From an uncultured Verrucomicrobiota bacterium (GTDB taxonomy: Bacteria; Verrucomicrobiota; Verrucomicrobiia; Limisphaerales; UBA8199), in NCBI GenBank assembly GCA_903873945.1, contig CAIQQM010000246.1:8940-72939 (forward strand): a stretch of DNA of 64,000 nucleotides. Direction: 5' to 3'. The notes under the pieces were generated by a model that saw nothing but the letters and a program-made list of their open reading frames with translations, ran no database searches and was not told the origin of the DNA. Below, piece by piece: positions 51,376 through 59,404 of the stretch. The first letter of the stretch is position 1; every line of letters begins with the position of its first letter. The position numbers and the translations under genes are program-made.

Positions 51376-54198
51376 TTAGCCAGCCTGGGTGACCGCCTGG
51401 ACACAGCGTCCGCAGATGGTCGGATGCTCCGGGTGCGAGCCGACGTCAGTTTCCCAATGCCAGCAGCGCTCACATTTTCGGCCGTCGGCTTTCTTCACCA
51501 CAGCGAGCGGACTGGCTGTGCCGGCCGCGCGTGGCTGGGTGGCGAATTCAAGCTGCGAGACGTTCAACAGCTCGCGCAGGTGTTCCGAGTATTGTTTCTC
51601 GACATCGAGCGAATTTCCGGTTTGTCCCGACAACTGAACTTTGGCCTCGAGAGCCTTGCCGATCAGTTTGTTTTGCCGTGCCTTTTCAAGTTCGGGCAGC
51701 ACGGCCTCGCGCGTTTTGAAGAGCAGCTTCCAATCCTCCTCTTCCTTCGCGCTGGAGTTGAACGGCGCTGGCTGCCAGGCCAATTCGTGCACCGAAGCGG
51801 TGGTTTTGCCTGGCACAAATTCCCACGCCTCATCGGCTGTGAACGCCAGCAATGGCGCAAGTATCTTGCAGAGGCCGGCGACCATCCGGTGCAATGCCGT
51901 CTGTGTGGAGCGGCGGCGCGGAGAATTTGCCGCATCAGTGTAAAGACGGTCTTTCACCACGTCATGGTAGATGGCCGACAACTCGACCGCGACGAACTGG
52001 CTTATTCTTTGGTAAACAACGTGGAATTCGCAGTCGTCGTAAGCTTTGATGACGTCCTGTTCCAGTTTCGAGAACTCGCCGAGAATCCAGCGGTCCAACC
52101 CGGTCAGTTTGCTGTCTGGCACGGCATCCTTCGCCGGGTCGAAATCATAGAGGTTCGAGAGCTGGTACCGCAGCGCATTGCGGAGAACGCGGTAAGTCTC
52201 GGCAACTTTATTGATCCGCTCTTCGCTCACGATGATGTCATTGCGAAAATCCTGCGAGGCGACCCAGAGCCGCAGGATGTCCGCGCCATGTTTCTTGATG
52301 TACGCCTCGGAAGTCTGCGGCTTTTCATAGCCGCCCTGGCTTTGTTTGCTCTTCGAGATCTTTTCGCGGTCGGCATCCACCATGAAACCGTGCGTTAGCA
52401 CGGTCTTGAACGGCGCCGCGCCATTGCCGGCGAGCGAGAGCAGCAGCGAAGACTGGAACCAGCCACGGTGCTGGTCGCTGCCTTCCAAATACATGTCGCA
52501 CTGGAACGGCTTGTCTTTGCCGCGCAGTTCCGGCCGCGTCGCGATCACGGCGCGCGAGGACGAGCCCGAGTCAATCCAGACATCGAGCGTGTCGTTGGAT
52601 TTGGTCGCCGCTTCGGGTCCGGTCCAGTTTTTCGGTTTGAGCGCGGCCCACAATTCGGCGGCGGTCTTCTCAAACCAGGCATTGGAGCCATGCTTCTCGA
52701 TCAAATCGGCCGCGTTGCGCACGATCTGGGCGTCAAGGAGCGGGTTTCCCTGAGCGTCATAGAAAGCGGGGATGGGCACCCCCCAGGTGCGCTGTCGCGA
52801 AATGCACCAGTCCGGCCGGCCTTTCACGGCGGCTTCGATGCGGCTCTTGCCCCAGTCCGGGATCCAGTCCACACGGTTGATTTCTTCGAGCGCCCGCTCG
52901 CGGAATTTCACGTGGTCAATCTTGACGAACCATTGGTCCATCGCCCGGAAGATGATGGGCGTCTTGCTGCGCCAGCAATGCGGGTAGCTATGCGAGTAGT
53001 TCTCCAGGTGGAGCAATGTTTTGCGGGCGCGCAGTTCGTCCAACACCGCTTCGTTCGCCTCGCTCTTCCCGTGCTTTTCGAGTATGGCCTTGCCCAGCAT
53101 TCCGGCGGGCATTTGCTCGCTGATCGGCAAATCGCTCGTGTGTGTGAATCGGCCATCGTCGTCCACCGGCGAATAAATCGGCAAACCGTGCCTTGAGCCG
53201 AGTTGGTAATCTTCCAAGCCATGCCCTGGCGCAATGTGCACGAAGCCGGTGCCGGTGGCATTGTCCACAAACGAATCCCCGGCGAAAAGCCTGCCGGTCC
53301 GGTTGCAGAACGGATGTTGATACGTGAGTTGGCTGAGATGCCCTCCGTCCAGATTGTGGAGGATCTGGTAACCCTGCCAGCCGCACTTTTCCGCCACCGC
53401 CGGAAGCAGCGAAGCCGAGACGATGAATTTCTCATCGCCCGCCTGCGCGAGCGCGTAGCTGAACGTCGAGTTGAAGGCCACCGCCAGGTTCGCGGGCAGC
53501 GTCCATGGCGTTGTGGTCCAGATAACGAGGAAGACCCCCGGTTGCCCGATGACGGGGAATTTTACATGAATGCTCTGGCTGACGTGGTCTTTGTATTCGA
53601 CCTCCGCCTCGGCCAGCGCCGTCCGGCAGGGGATGCTCCAATAGACGGGTTTCTTGCCGCGATAAACAAAGCCCTGCTCCACAATGTCGGCGAACAGGCG
53701 CAACTCCGCCGCTTCGTATTCCCGGTCGAGCGTGAGGTAAGGATTGTCCCAATCACCCAGCACGCCCAGGCGCTTGAATTGCCCGCGCTGGATGTCGATG
53801 TATTTGCGCGCGTAAACCTCGCACGCCTTGCGGATGGTCGCCGCGTCAGAAGCGGTATCGCCGGCTTTGCGCATGTCCTGCGTGACCTTGAACTCGATGG
53901 GCAGGCCGTGGCAATCCCAGCCCGGGATGTAGGGGGCGCTGAAACCGCGCAGGGTCTTGTACTTGACGATGATGTCCTTGAGAATCTTGTTCAGCGCCGT
54001 GCCGACGTGGACATCGCCGTTGGCGAAGGGTGGGCCGTCATGAAGCACGAATTTTTTCGCGCCGGCCCGTTGGGTTTGGAGACGTTCGTAGAGTTTGGCG
54101 GTCTCCCATTGCTTCAAGCGCTCCGGCTCCCGGGCAACCAGGTCGGCTTTCATCGGGAAATCGGTTCGCGGCAGATTTAGAGTGTTTTTGTAGTCCAT
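51376..54198 (-). CDS. ileS: isoleucine--tRNA ligase
   Basis: HIGH-region PPFANGDVHVGTALNKILKD, the class I editing insertion, KMSKS-region KISKSK, and a C-terminal zinc ribbon CERCWHW...CGRC. Confidence 0.95.
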   Translation of the reverse strand: MDYKNTLNLPRTDFPMKADLVAREPERLKQWETAKLYERLQTQRAGAKKFVLHDGPPFANGDVHVGTALNKILKDIIVKYKTLRGFSAPYIPGWDCHGLPIEFKVTQDMRKAGDTASDAATIRKACEVYARKYIDIQRGQFKRLGVLGDWDNPYLTLDREYEAAELRLFADIVEQGFVYRGKKPVYWSIPCRTALAEAEVEYKDHVSQSIHVKFPVIGQPGVFLVIWTTTPWTLPANLAVAFNSTFSYALAQAGDEKFIVSASLLPAVAEKCGWQGYQILHNLDGGHLSQLTYQHPFCNRTGRLFAGDSFVDNATGTGFVHIAPGHGLEDYQLGSRHGLPIYSPVDDDGRFTHTSDLPISEQMPAGMLGKAILEKHGKSEANEAVLDELRARKTLLHLENYSHSYPHCWRSKTPIIFRAMDQWFVKIDHVKFRERALEEINRVDWIPDWGKSRIEAAVKGRPDWCISRQRTWGVPIPAFYDAQGNPLLDAQIVRNAADLIEKHGSNAWFEKTAAELWAALKPKNWTGPEAATKSNDTLDVWIDSGSSSRAVIATRPELRGKDKPFQCDMYLEGSDQHRGWFQSSLLLSLAGNGAAPFKTVLTHGFMVDADREKISKSKQSQGGYEKPQTSEAYIKKHGADILRLWVASQDFRNDIIVSEERINKVAETYRVLRNALRYQLSNLYDFDPAKDAVPDSKLTGLDRWILGEFSKLEQDVIKAYDDCEFHVVYQRISQFVAVELSAIYHDVVKDRLYTDAANSPRRRSTQTALHRMVAGLCKILAPLLAFTADEAWEFVPGKTTASVHELAWQPAPFNSSAKEEEDWKLLFKTREAVLPELEKARQNKLIGKALEAKVQLSGQTGNSLDVEKQYSEHLRELLNVSQLEFATQPRAAGTASPLAVVKKADGRKCERCWHWETDVGSHPEHPTICGRCVQAVTQAG

Positions 54199-54262
54199 TC
54201 GCGCTTCAAAGAAGCCGGAAGCTAACAGTGGCGCGGGGGAGTGTCAACGAACGCCCCGACCC

Positions 54263-54283
54263 GGTAGTGTCTTAATTTGGATT
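54263..54283 (+). repeat. left terminal inverted repeat
   Basis: GGTAGTGTCTTAATTTGGATT. Confidence 0.85.
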
Positions 54284-54415
54284 TCTTTCTTCAAGGCTCA
54301 TCAAAATGTGAATAACCATCCCAATAGTTTGTGAATAGACGCCAATATGTTTTTTCGCCCATTCATTGACGCGTTGAGGCGCGCCCCACAGAATCCTCGA
54401 AACAAATGCGCTAAT

Positions 54416-55372
54416 ATGGCGACGCTATTAAACGACAAGGAGATTGCCGGACTGGTGGGAAGGGTGATTGTCAACGGGGATGCATCGTGTGTAAGGACAA
54501 ATTCATATGTTCTGAGGCTTGGTCCAGCAGGCGAATTCCTGAATTCAGGCAAGGAATTTACACTTGGGGGATCAAAAAAGGGGATCAGGATTCAACCGGG
54601 CCATTCGGTTGCTCTCACAGCATTTGAAACCATTGATTTTAGGCGAGAGACCGTTCGGCAGATTTACCCAGACCATGACCTACATGCTTTGGTTAGCCCA
54701 TCGACAGATTTATCCAGAGAAGGACTGGTTGCCCCAACAACTCAGGTAGATGTGGGGTATCATGGAACCTTAAATTGGACCCTGACCAACACTTCTAATG
54801 AGGTGCGGAGATTTTTAATGCATGAAAAGATATTCCGCATCACATTTTTCAAACTCGCACCAGGAGAAACGCCAGTCGGTACGTACAAAGGGGATTATCA
54901 GGGGAGAACCGGATATGTCCGATCTGAGCGGAAAGGGCCATCGGTGGGAATGCGCGAAAATGAATGGGAAGATTCAAGGATTGATGGCGGGCCAGAGGCG
55001 TTGCTGGAAAACCTCATAAAATCCGGCTATCCTTGGAATCTTTTGGGCGAAAGACTCCAAATAATCGACGGCCAGTTTCAGACCGTTACGAATGAATACG
55101 GGGAAATCAAGAAAGCGATGGGAGACATGAAACAGGACATGCCAATTACCATTAGCAACTCTTTCAATCAGCAAATTGAGTCGGTCAGTTCCAAATGGAC
55201 TGTCAAGGCTCTTGCAGGGCTTGGTGTGCTAATTGGGTTAATCCTGACAACAGTAACAAGCGACACAGCCCTAAACTTTCTGAAAAAACAAGGGTATTGG
55301 GTCGGGGTGCTTATCATGGTGGGTGCCGTCGTATTTTTCTTACTTTTGGGATCGAGACGGATTAAGAAGTAG
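54416..55372 (+). CDS. dUTPase/dCTP-deaminase-superfamily domain protein with C-terminal double transmembrane tail
   Basis: Start reset to the ATG at 54416 (MATLLNDKEI). The N-terminal ~190 aa follow the Dcd pattern: NSYVLRLG, IRIQPGHSVALTAFETIDF, SPSTDLSREGLV, QVDVGYHGTLNWTLTNTSN, IFRITFFKL. C-terminal TM segments: ALAGLGVLIGLILTTV and YWVGVLIMVGAVVFFLLLG. Confidence 0.6.
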   Translation: MATLLNDKEIAGLVGRVIVNGDASCVRTNSYVLRLGPAGEFLNSGKEFTLGGSKKGIRIQPGHSVALTAFETIDFRRETVRQIYPDHDLHALVSPSTDLSREGLVAPTTQVDVGYHGTLNWTLTNTSNEVRRFLMHEKIFRITFFKLAPGETPVGTYKGDYQGRTGYVRSERKGPSVGMRENEWEDSRIDGGPEALLENLIKSGYPWNLLGERLQIIDGQFQTVTNEYGEIKKAMGDMKQDMPITISNSFNQQIESVSSKWTVKALAGLGVLIGLILTTVTSDTALNFLKKQGYWVGVLIMVGAVVFFLLLGSRRIKK

Positions 55373-55379
55373 AAGTTTG

Positions 55380-55400
55380 GGTAGTGTGTTAATTTGGATT
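55380..55400 (+). repeat. internal third copy of the terminal repeat (left-end orientation)
   Basis: GGTAGTGTGTTAATTTGGATT is identical to the left end apart from one C-to-G change. It starts 8 nt after the stop codon at 55370-55372. Confidence 0.8.
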
Positions 55401-55470
55401 CGGAGGTTCTTTCAGCCAGCGTTCAAAAATTTGTTTTTTTCCAAAACTAACGGTCGCAAGTATTTTCATT

Positions 55471-55776
55471 TTATTCCTTTTTTCTGGACTCTTTGATTTG
55501 ATAAGCAACGCCAACCTTCACGGCGCTTTTTGCAGAGTCAACCGGAGGCAGTTCTAATATCGTAATGAACTCCTCCGGCTCACCATACGTCCAGCCGTAG
55601 CAGCGTTTAGCCTTTGGGTGTCCTGTTAGGTCAAAAACCTCAACATCGCCCCGCCAAGCGGTCTTTCCGCGAAACACTTCATGCACCGGCACAGTCTCGC
55701 GGTAAACCGCTCCGCATTTGTGCAAATGCTGAATCGCTGTCTGGAGCCTCGCTAGATAGTCCTGTTTATTCTCCAC
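55471..55776 (-). CDS. small conserved-looking hypothetical protein (start uncertain)
   Basis: ORF ..DYLARLQTAIQHLHKCGAVYRETVPVHEVFRGKTAWRGDVEVFDLTGHPKAKRCYGWTYGEPEEFITILELPPVDSAKSAVKVGVAYQIK. The ATG at 55857 would overlap the transposase 3' end by ~90 nt and give an Arg-rich, overlap-like N-terminus. A GTG at 55776 is more plausible. Confidence 0.4.
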   Translation of the reverse strand: MENKQDYLARLQTAIQHLHKCGAVYRETVPVHEVFRGKTAWRGDVEVFDLTGHPKAKRCYGWTYGEPEEFITILELPPVDSAKSAVKVGVAYQIKESRKKE

Positions 55777-56593
55777 TGCGTTCAACCAGATCCGCAACCG
55801 TCCAATGGCTGCTTTCAATGCCAGCCGCCATCGCGGGCGACATTCGCAACGCACCATGCGTTTTGCAGAAGTTGTAATACGCGAAATTCAGAGCAACCGC
55901 AGCCTCAAAGTTTTCAATCTTCTTGCTGAACGCATTGGTGAGGCGCGTGAGTCTCCGGCAGTGCATCCGCAAGGTGTGATTCTGCTTCTCAATATGGCTT
56001 GTTGTAATGCGGCTCACGTCAGGCATGCCGCAAATGATCGTGCGCTCGGTTCTGACCACTTCGGCAGGGCTGTACCTACTTGCCGCATCTTTGTTGAGAT
56101 TCGTGACTGCGTAGGTTTTTACGAGTTGAGCGTAATCGACTTCAGCGCCGAACCCGCGTTCGATTGCTTCGGGGTACGAGGAAAGGGCATCGCTTGAAAG
56201 TTGAACACGCCGCGAAAGGCGTCCGGCCAAATCCTCCATGAAGGCTTGGGCGTGATACAGGTCGCGTTTGCCGACGATGAAAGACGGAATCAACTTGGTG
56301 TCGGCGTCCAAAGCGATGAACGTCCAGACATCGCCATACGCATCAGAGCGGCGTGCGTTCTTTTGCTTGGCCCCAATGAACCCCCAAATCTCGTCAACCT
56401 GGATTTGCTTGCAGGTCAGATCGCGCATCTTGGAATCCATGATCTTCTTGCAGGCTGTGCCAACGCGAAGCCCCAAGCTCATAATCGTGTTGCGGTTCAC
56501 GTTGGTAATTCGCTCAATGGCACGTATAGAAGCGCCTTCCGCCAGCATCGAAATCACCGCCACTTTCTTTTCGATCTTCAGGATATTTGCCAT
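55766..56593 (-). CDS. IS1-family-like DDE transposase
   Basis: N-terminal HTH (VAVISMLAEGASIRAIERITNVNRNTI), QVDEIWGFIGAKQKN, WTFIALDADTKLI, SSDALSSYPEAI, TSHIEKQNHTLRMHCRRLTRLTNAFSKKIENFEAAVALNFAYYNFCKTH. Confidence 0.75.
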   Translation of the reverse strand: MANILKIEKKVAVISMLAEGASIRAIERITNVNRNTIMSLGLRVGTACKKIMDSKMRDLTCKQIQVDEIWGFIGAKQKNARRSDAYGDVWTFIALDADTKLIPSFIVGKRDLYHAQAFMEDLAGRLSRRVQLSSDALSSYPEAIERGFGAEVDYAQLVKTYAVTNLNKDAASRYSPAEVVRTERTIICGMPDVSRITTSHIEKQNHTLRMHCRRLTRLTNAFSKKIENFEAAVALNFAYYNFCKTHGALRMSPAMAAGIESSHWTVADLVERSGE

Positions 56594-56685
56594 ATATGGA
56601 ATTTACCAAAGTCCCGTTTTTAAGCAAGCACTATTTTTATGTATTTTTGTGCTTGCAAGTAAGTATGCTTGTGATAAGTTCAGGC

Positions 56686-57705
56686 ATGCTTACAGACGAT
56701 TCGATTCAATCAATGGGAGGAAAAGCCCGCGCCGAGGCTTTATCTGACGACCAAAGGAAAGACATAGCTCGCAAGGCCGCTGAGGCGAGATGGTCAATGC
56801 CAAAAGTAGGGTGGGAAGGGGAAATGACCATTGGGCCAGTCTCGATTAAATGCGGCGTCATCCCTTCCAGGGAAGATGGCGAGAAGCCGTTAAGGGTCAT
56901 ATCGGAGACGGCGTTTATGACGGCTCTTGGGATGTATCGCAGTGGAGCCCTTTCTGTCAGGCGTGAGGTTTCAGAGACCGGTGCACAAACACCCCTTTCA
57001 TTGGCATACAAGAATCTCAAGCCATTTATTATAAAGCACTTAGGAGACGTGCACTTTCAGCCCACAAAGGTCATCTTCGCCAATGGTTCTGTTGGGCACG
57101 GATTGGATGCCATACTAATTCCCAAAATTTGCGAAATCTGGATGGATGCACGGAAGGCAGGTGTTTTGGGGAAGAGGCAAGAAGCGATAGCCGATATGGC
57201 AGAAATCATTCTTCGTGGGCTAGCTCGCGTGGGGATAATCGCCCTCGTTGATGAGGCTACTGGTTATCAGGCTTTCCGAGATCGACTTGAGCTTCAAAAA
57301 ATCCTCGAAAAATATGTCAATGATGAATGGGCAAAATGGACAAAACGTTTTCCTGATGAATTCTATCGCCACCTGTTTAGGCTCAAGAGTCGGGTCTATC
57401 CGCCCACAGCCGGAAGGAACAAACCATCGTACGTAGGACATTGGACAAATGACGTTGTTTATTCGAGATTGGCCCCAGGAATTCTAAAGAAATTAAGGGA
57501 GCTAAATCCGAGAGTGGGAAACAATCGGCTCCGCAGGCATCATCAGTATTTGACTGAGGATATTGGCGTTCCTGAATTAGAGCAGTTCTTATCAAATATC
57601 ATCTTCTTGATGAGAACGTGCATATCATGGAATGAATTCAAAATCAGGCTTGATGCGGCCGCACCGAAATTTGGGGATACCCGCAGCCTTGCTCTTGATG
57701 TATAA
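56686..57705 (+). CDS. P63C-domain (phage-type) protein
   Basis: GGKARAEALSDDQRKDIARKAAEARW opening. P63C-like core: IIALVDEATGYQAFRDR..LQKILEKYV..WAKWTKRFPDEFYRHLFRL..PSYVGHWTNDVVYSRLAPGILKKLRELNP..HHQYLTEDIGVPELEQFLSNIIFLMR. Start is either 56686 or 56713. Confidence 0.65.
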   Translation: MLTDDSIQSMGGKARAEALSDDQRKDIARKAAEARWSMPKVGWEGEMTIGPVSIKCGVIPSREDGEKPLRVISETAFMTALGMYRSGALSVRREVSETGAQTPLSLAYKNLKPFIIKHLGDVHFQPTKVIFANGSVGHGLDAILIPKICEIWMDARKAGVLGKRQEAIADMAEIILRGLARVGIIALVDEATGYQAFRDRLELQKILEKYVNDEWAKWTKRFPDEFYRHLFRLKSRVYPPTAGRNKPSYVGHWTNDVVYSRLAPGILKKLRELNPRVGNNRLRRHHQYLTEDIGVPELEQFLSNIIFLMRTCISWNEFKIRLDAAAPKFGDTRSLALDV

Positions 57706-57710
57706 AAAAC

Positions 57711-57779
57711 GGGGATGGCTCGGTGCTGCGCCAGGCTCTACACCCAAGGCTGCATGGGGTTCGATTCCCCACATCTCCA
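57711..57779 (+). ncRNA. tRNA-Ala-like element (acceptor stem + T arm intact, central part does not fold)
   Basis: GGGGATG (57711-57717) pairs 7/7 with CATCTCC (57772-57778), including G3-U70, with discriminator A. T arm TGGGG-TTCGATT-CCCCA. The 37 nt between do not form D or anticodon arms, and no CCA is encoded. Confidence 0.3.
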
Positions 57780-58031
57780 AGCCATCACCCGAAGTACTTT
57801 ACCAGATTTTCGGGTTTTCAAATAGTTTATTTTAGAATTGCCTTCTTGCGCCAATCGCCAATACTCAATATGTTAATTCTCAATTCAATCGAACCGTGAG
57901 AACCATTCCGCTATTGTGTGCCGTTACGCTGGGGGCTACTGTCTTGTGTATTCCTGAAATGAGACAGTATTCGTTCCAACGCCACCGCGACGGCCTGCAA
58001 CGACTTGAAAGTTAAAGGAAAGGGGAAATCT

Positions 58032-58670
58032 ATGAACGGGCACGATCTATGCGATGTCAATTCTTTGAAATCAAACATCATGGCCGACGTAAAGCAAGTT
58101 ACCATCGGAGATGCCCAATCCTGGTACGGGCGTGCGGATGGTATTGTCCGGGCATCAGCACTCCGGGACATAATGGGCGTCATGATCCAGCGCAATGTCA
58201 AAACTGAATTTGAAAATGATTCTTATTTCGACGCCTTGATGTTTAGTGAAATGATGTTTGATCGATCCAACCAGTCTATCTCCCTCTTCACCGGATCGGG
58301 TTGTGAGGCGTTTTTGCAAACGCTACACCGATCTTTTTATTCAGCTCTCGACCGATTGAAAAATAGCGGCGGAAGCGTGCGGATGATTACCACCGCTGAA
58401 CACGTATCCGAATTCCTAATGGGATTGCAAAAGCGGTATCCCGAGACTCTTTCCGTTGCGCCTGCGCGAGCCAATGAAGTCATCGGACATTTTTTTATTT
58501 GCGATTCACGAATGGCCCGAGTTGAACAACCTCATGGGCCATTAACACCCGAAACGCCTGTGGACGCAATAAAGGCAAAAGTCTTTTTCAATCATCCTGC
58601 GGTAGCGCAGATGCTTGAAATCCGTTTTAACGCTTTCTGGAGAGCTGTTCAGCCTGTGCCTAAAGTGTAA
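58032..58670 (+). CDS. hypothetical soluble protein (cargo gene)
   Basis: The ATG at 58032 is preceded by AAAGGAAAGGGG. No motif was recognised with confidence. There is a weak PLD-like flavour only (ISLFTGSG...GGSVRMITT...GHFFICDSRMARVEQPH), without an HxK..D motif. Confidence 0.45.
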   Translation: MNGHDLCDVNSLKSNIMADVKQVTIGDAQSWYGRADGIVRASALRDIMGVMIQRNVKTEFENDSYFDALMFSEMMFDRSNQSISLFTGSGCEAFLQTLHRSFYSALDRLKNSGGSVRMITTAEHVSEFLMGLQKRYPETLSVAPARANEVIGHFFICDSRMARVEQPHGPLTPETPVDAIKAKVFFNHPAVAQMLEIRFNAFWRAVQPVPKV

Positions 58671-58678
58671 AAGGGCAC

Positions 58679-59245
58679 ATGCCGCTTTATTCACTCATTG
58701 CCCTCACGCTGAGTTTGTTTGGGGCGACGTACACTGCAATCTCAGCATTACGGAATCATTTTGACAGGGACATCATCCAGACGGTTGACTCAATCAAAAC
58801 GCATATAGGGTCCATCAAGGGAGCCGGATCGCCTCCGGAGACATTGCAGAATGCCGAGGGAACCCGCGCCAAGATTATGTGGTGGAATTCGGTATGGAAA
58901 TGGAGTTTGGTTTTTCACATCGGCGCTTTTGGATTATTCATTTTTGTCATCGCATTTCTATGTCTTTTTGAGTGGGATGATCTCCCAATCAAAGTGGCGA
59001 AGTCGGGGCAGGATATGACTCAGGAAGCTATTCAGTATTCTGTAACTGGATTTTGGATCGTGTCTTCCATTTGTGGCAGACTAACTATTGCGGGAGCGAT
59101 GGTTGTAAATCTGTTGTGTGGGCTCTTTGCTTATGTATCTGCAGGGAAAATTAAGTCTTACGGAAAAGTTCTGTATGGCCTTGCCAAGTGTGCTGAAGAG
59201 ACTTCGGCAGCATCTCGGCTTTCGCCGCCAGGTTCTGGGAATTAA
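58679..59245 (+). CDS. hypothetical membrane protein (cargo gene, 8 nt after the previous stop)
   Basis: TM segments LYSLIALTLSLFGATYTAISAL, WSLVFHIGAFGLFIFVIAFLCLF, GFWIVSSICGRLTIAGAMVVNLLCGLFAYV. Confidence 0.5.
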   Translation: MPLYSLIALTLSLFGATYTAISALRNHFDRDIIQTVDSIKTHIGSIKGAGSPPETLQNAEGTRAKIMWWNSVWKWSLVFHIGAFGLFIFVIAFLCLFEWDDLPIKVAKSGQDMTQEAIQYSVTGFWIVSSICGRLTIAGAMVVNLLCGLFAYVSAGKIKSYGKVLYGLAKCAEETSAASRLSPPGSGN

Positions 59246-59303
59246 CGGCAACGGCATGGTTACTCACCAGCCAAGGTTTCAGGGTAACGTTCTATATAAG
59301 TCC

Positions 59304-59321
59304 CCAAATTAAGACACTACC
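59304..59321 (-). repeat. right terminal inverted repeat
   Basis: CCAAATTAAGACACTACC is the exact reverse complement of 54263-54280. Confidence 0.85.
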
Positions 59322-59404
59322 CCCGACCCTGTGTCGCGACTTTATGGAAATGAACATCCGGGTCAGGAGGGGCTGGAAGTGGGTCGCGAGGCGTTGCGCC
59401 GCGG

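Larger units (their letters stand above)
54263..59321. mobile_element. 5059-bp IS1-family-ended transposon-like insertion with cargo genes
   Basis: Perfect 18-bp terminal inverted repeats: GGTAGTGTCTTAATTTGG at 54263-54280 and its reverse complement at 59304-59321. Flanked by the 8-bp direct repeat CCCGACCC (54255-54262 and 59322-59329). Contains an IS1-like transposase. The interior is visibly more AT-rich than the flanks. Confidence 0.8.

Noticed and set aside
55471-55857. The overlap of the 128-aa ORF with the transposase gene as an IS1-style InsA/InsB programmed frameshift.
   Set aside because: The overlap is at the 3' end of the transposase ORF, not between an upstream small DNA-binding ORF and the catalytic ORF. 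The transposase already carries its HTH in frame, and the small ORF's overlapping N-terminus looks non-coding.
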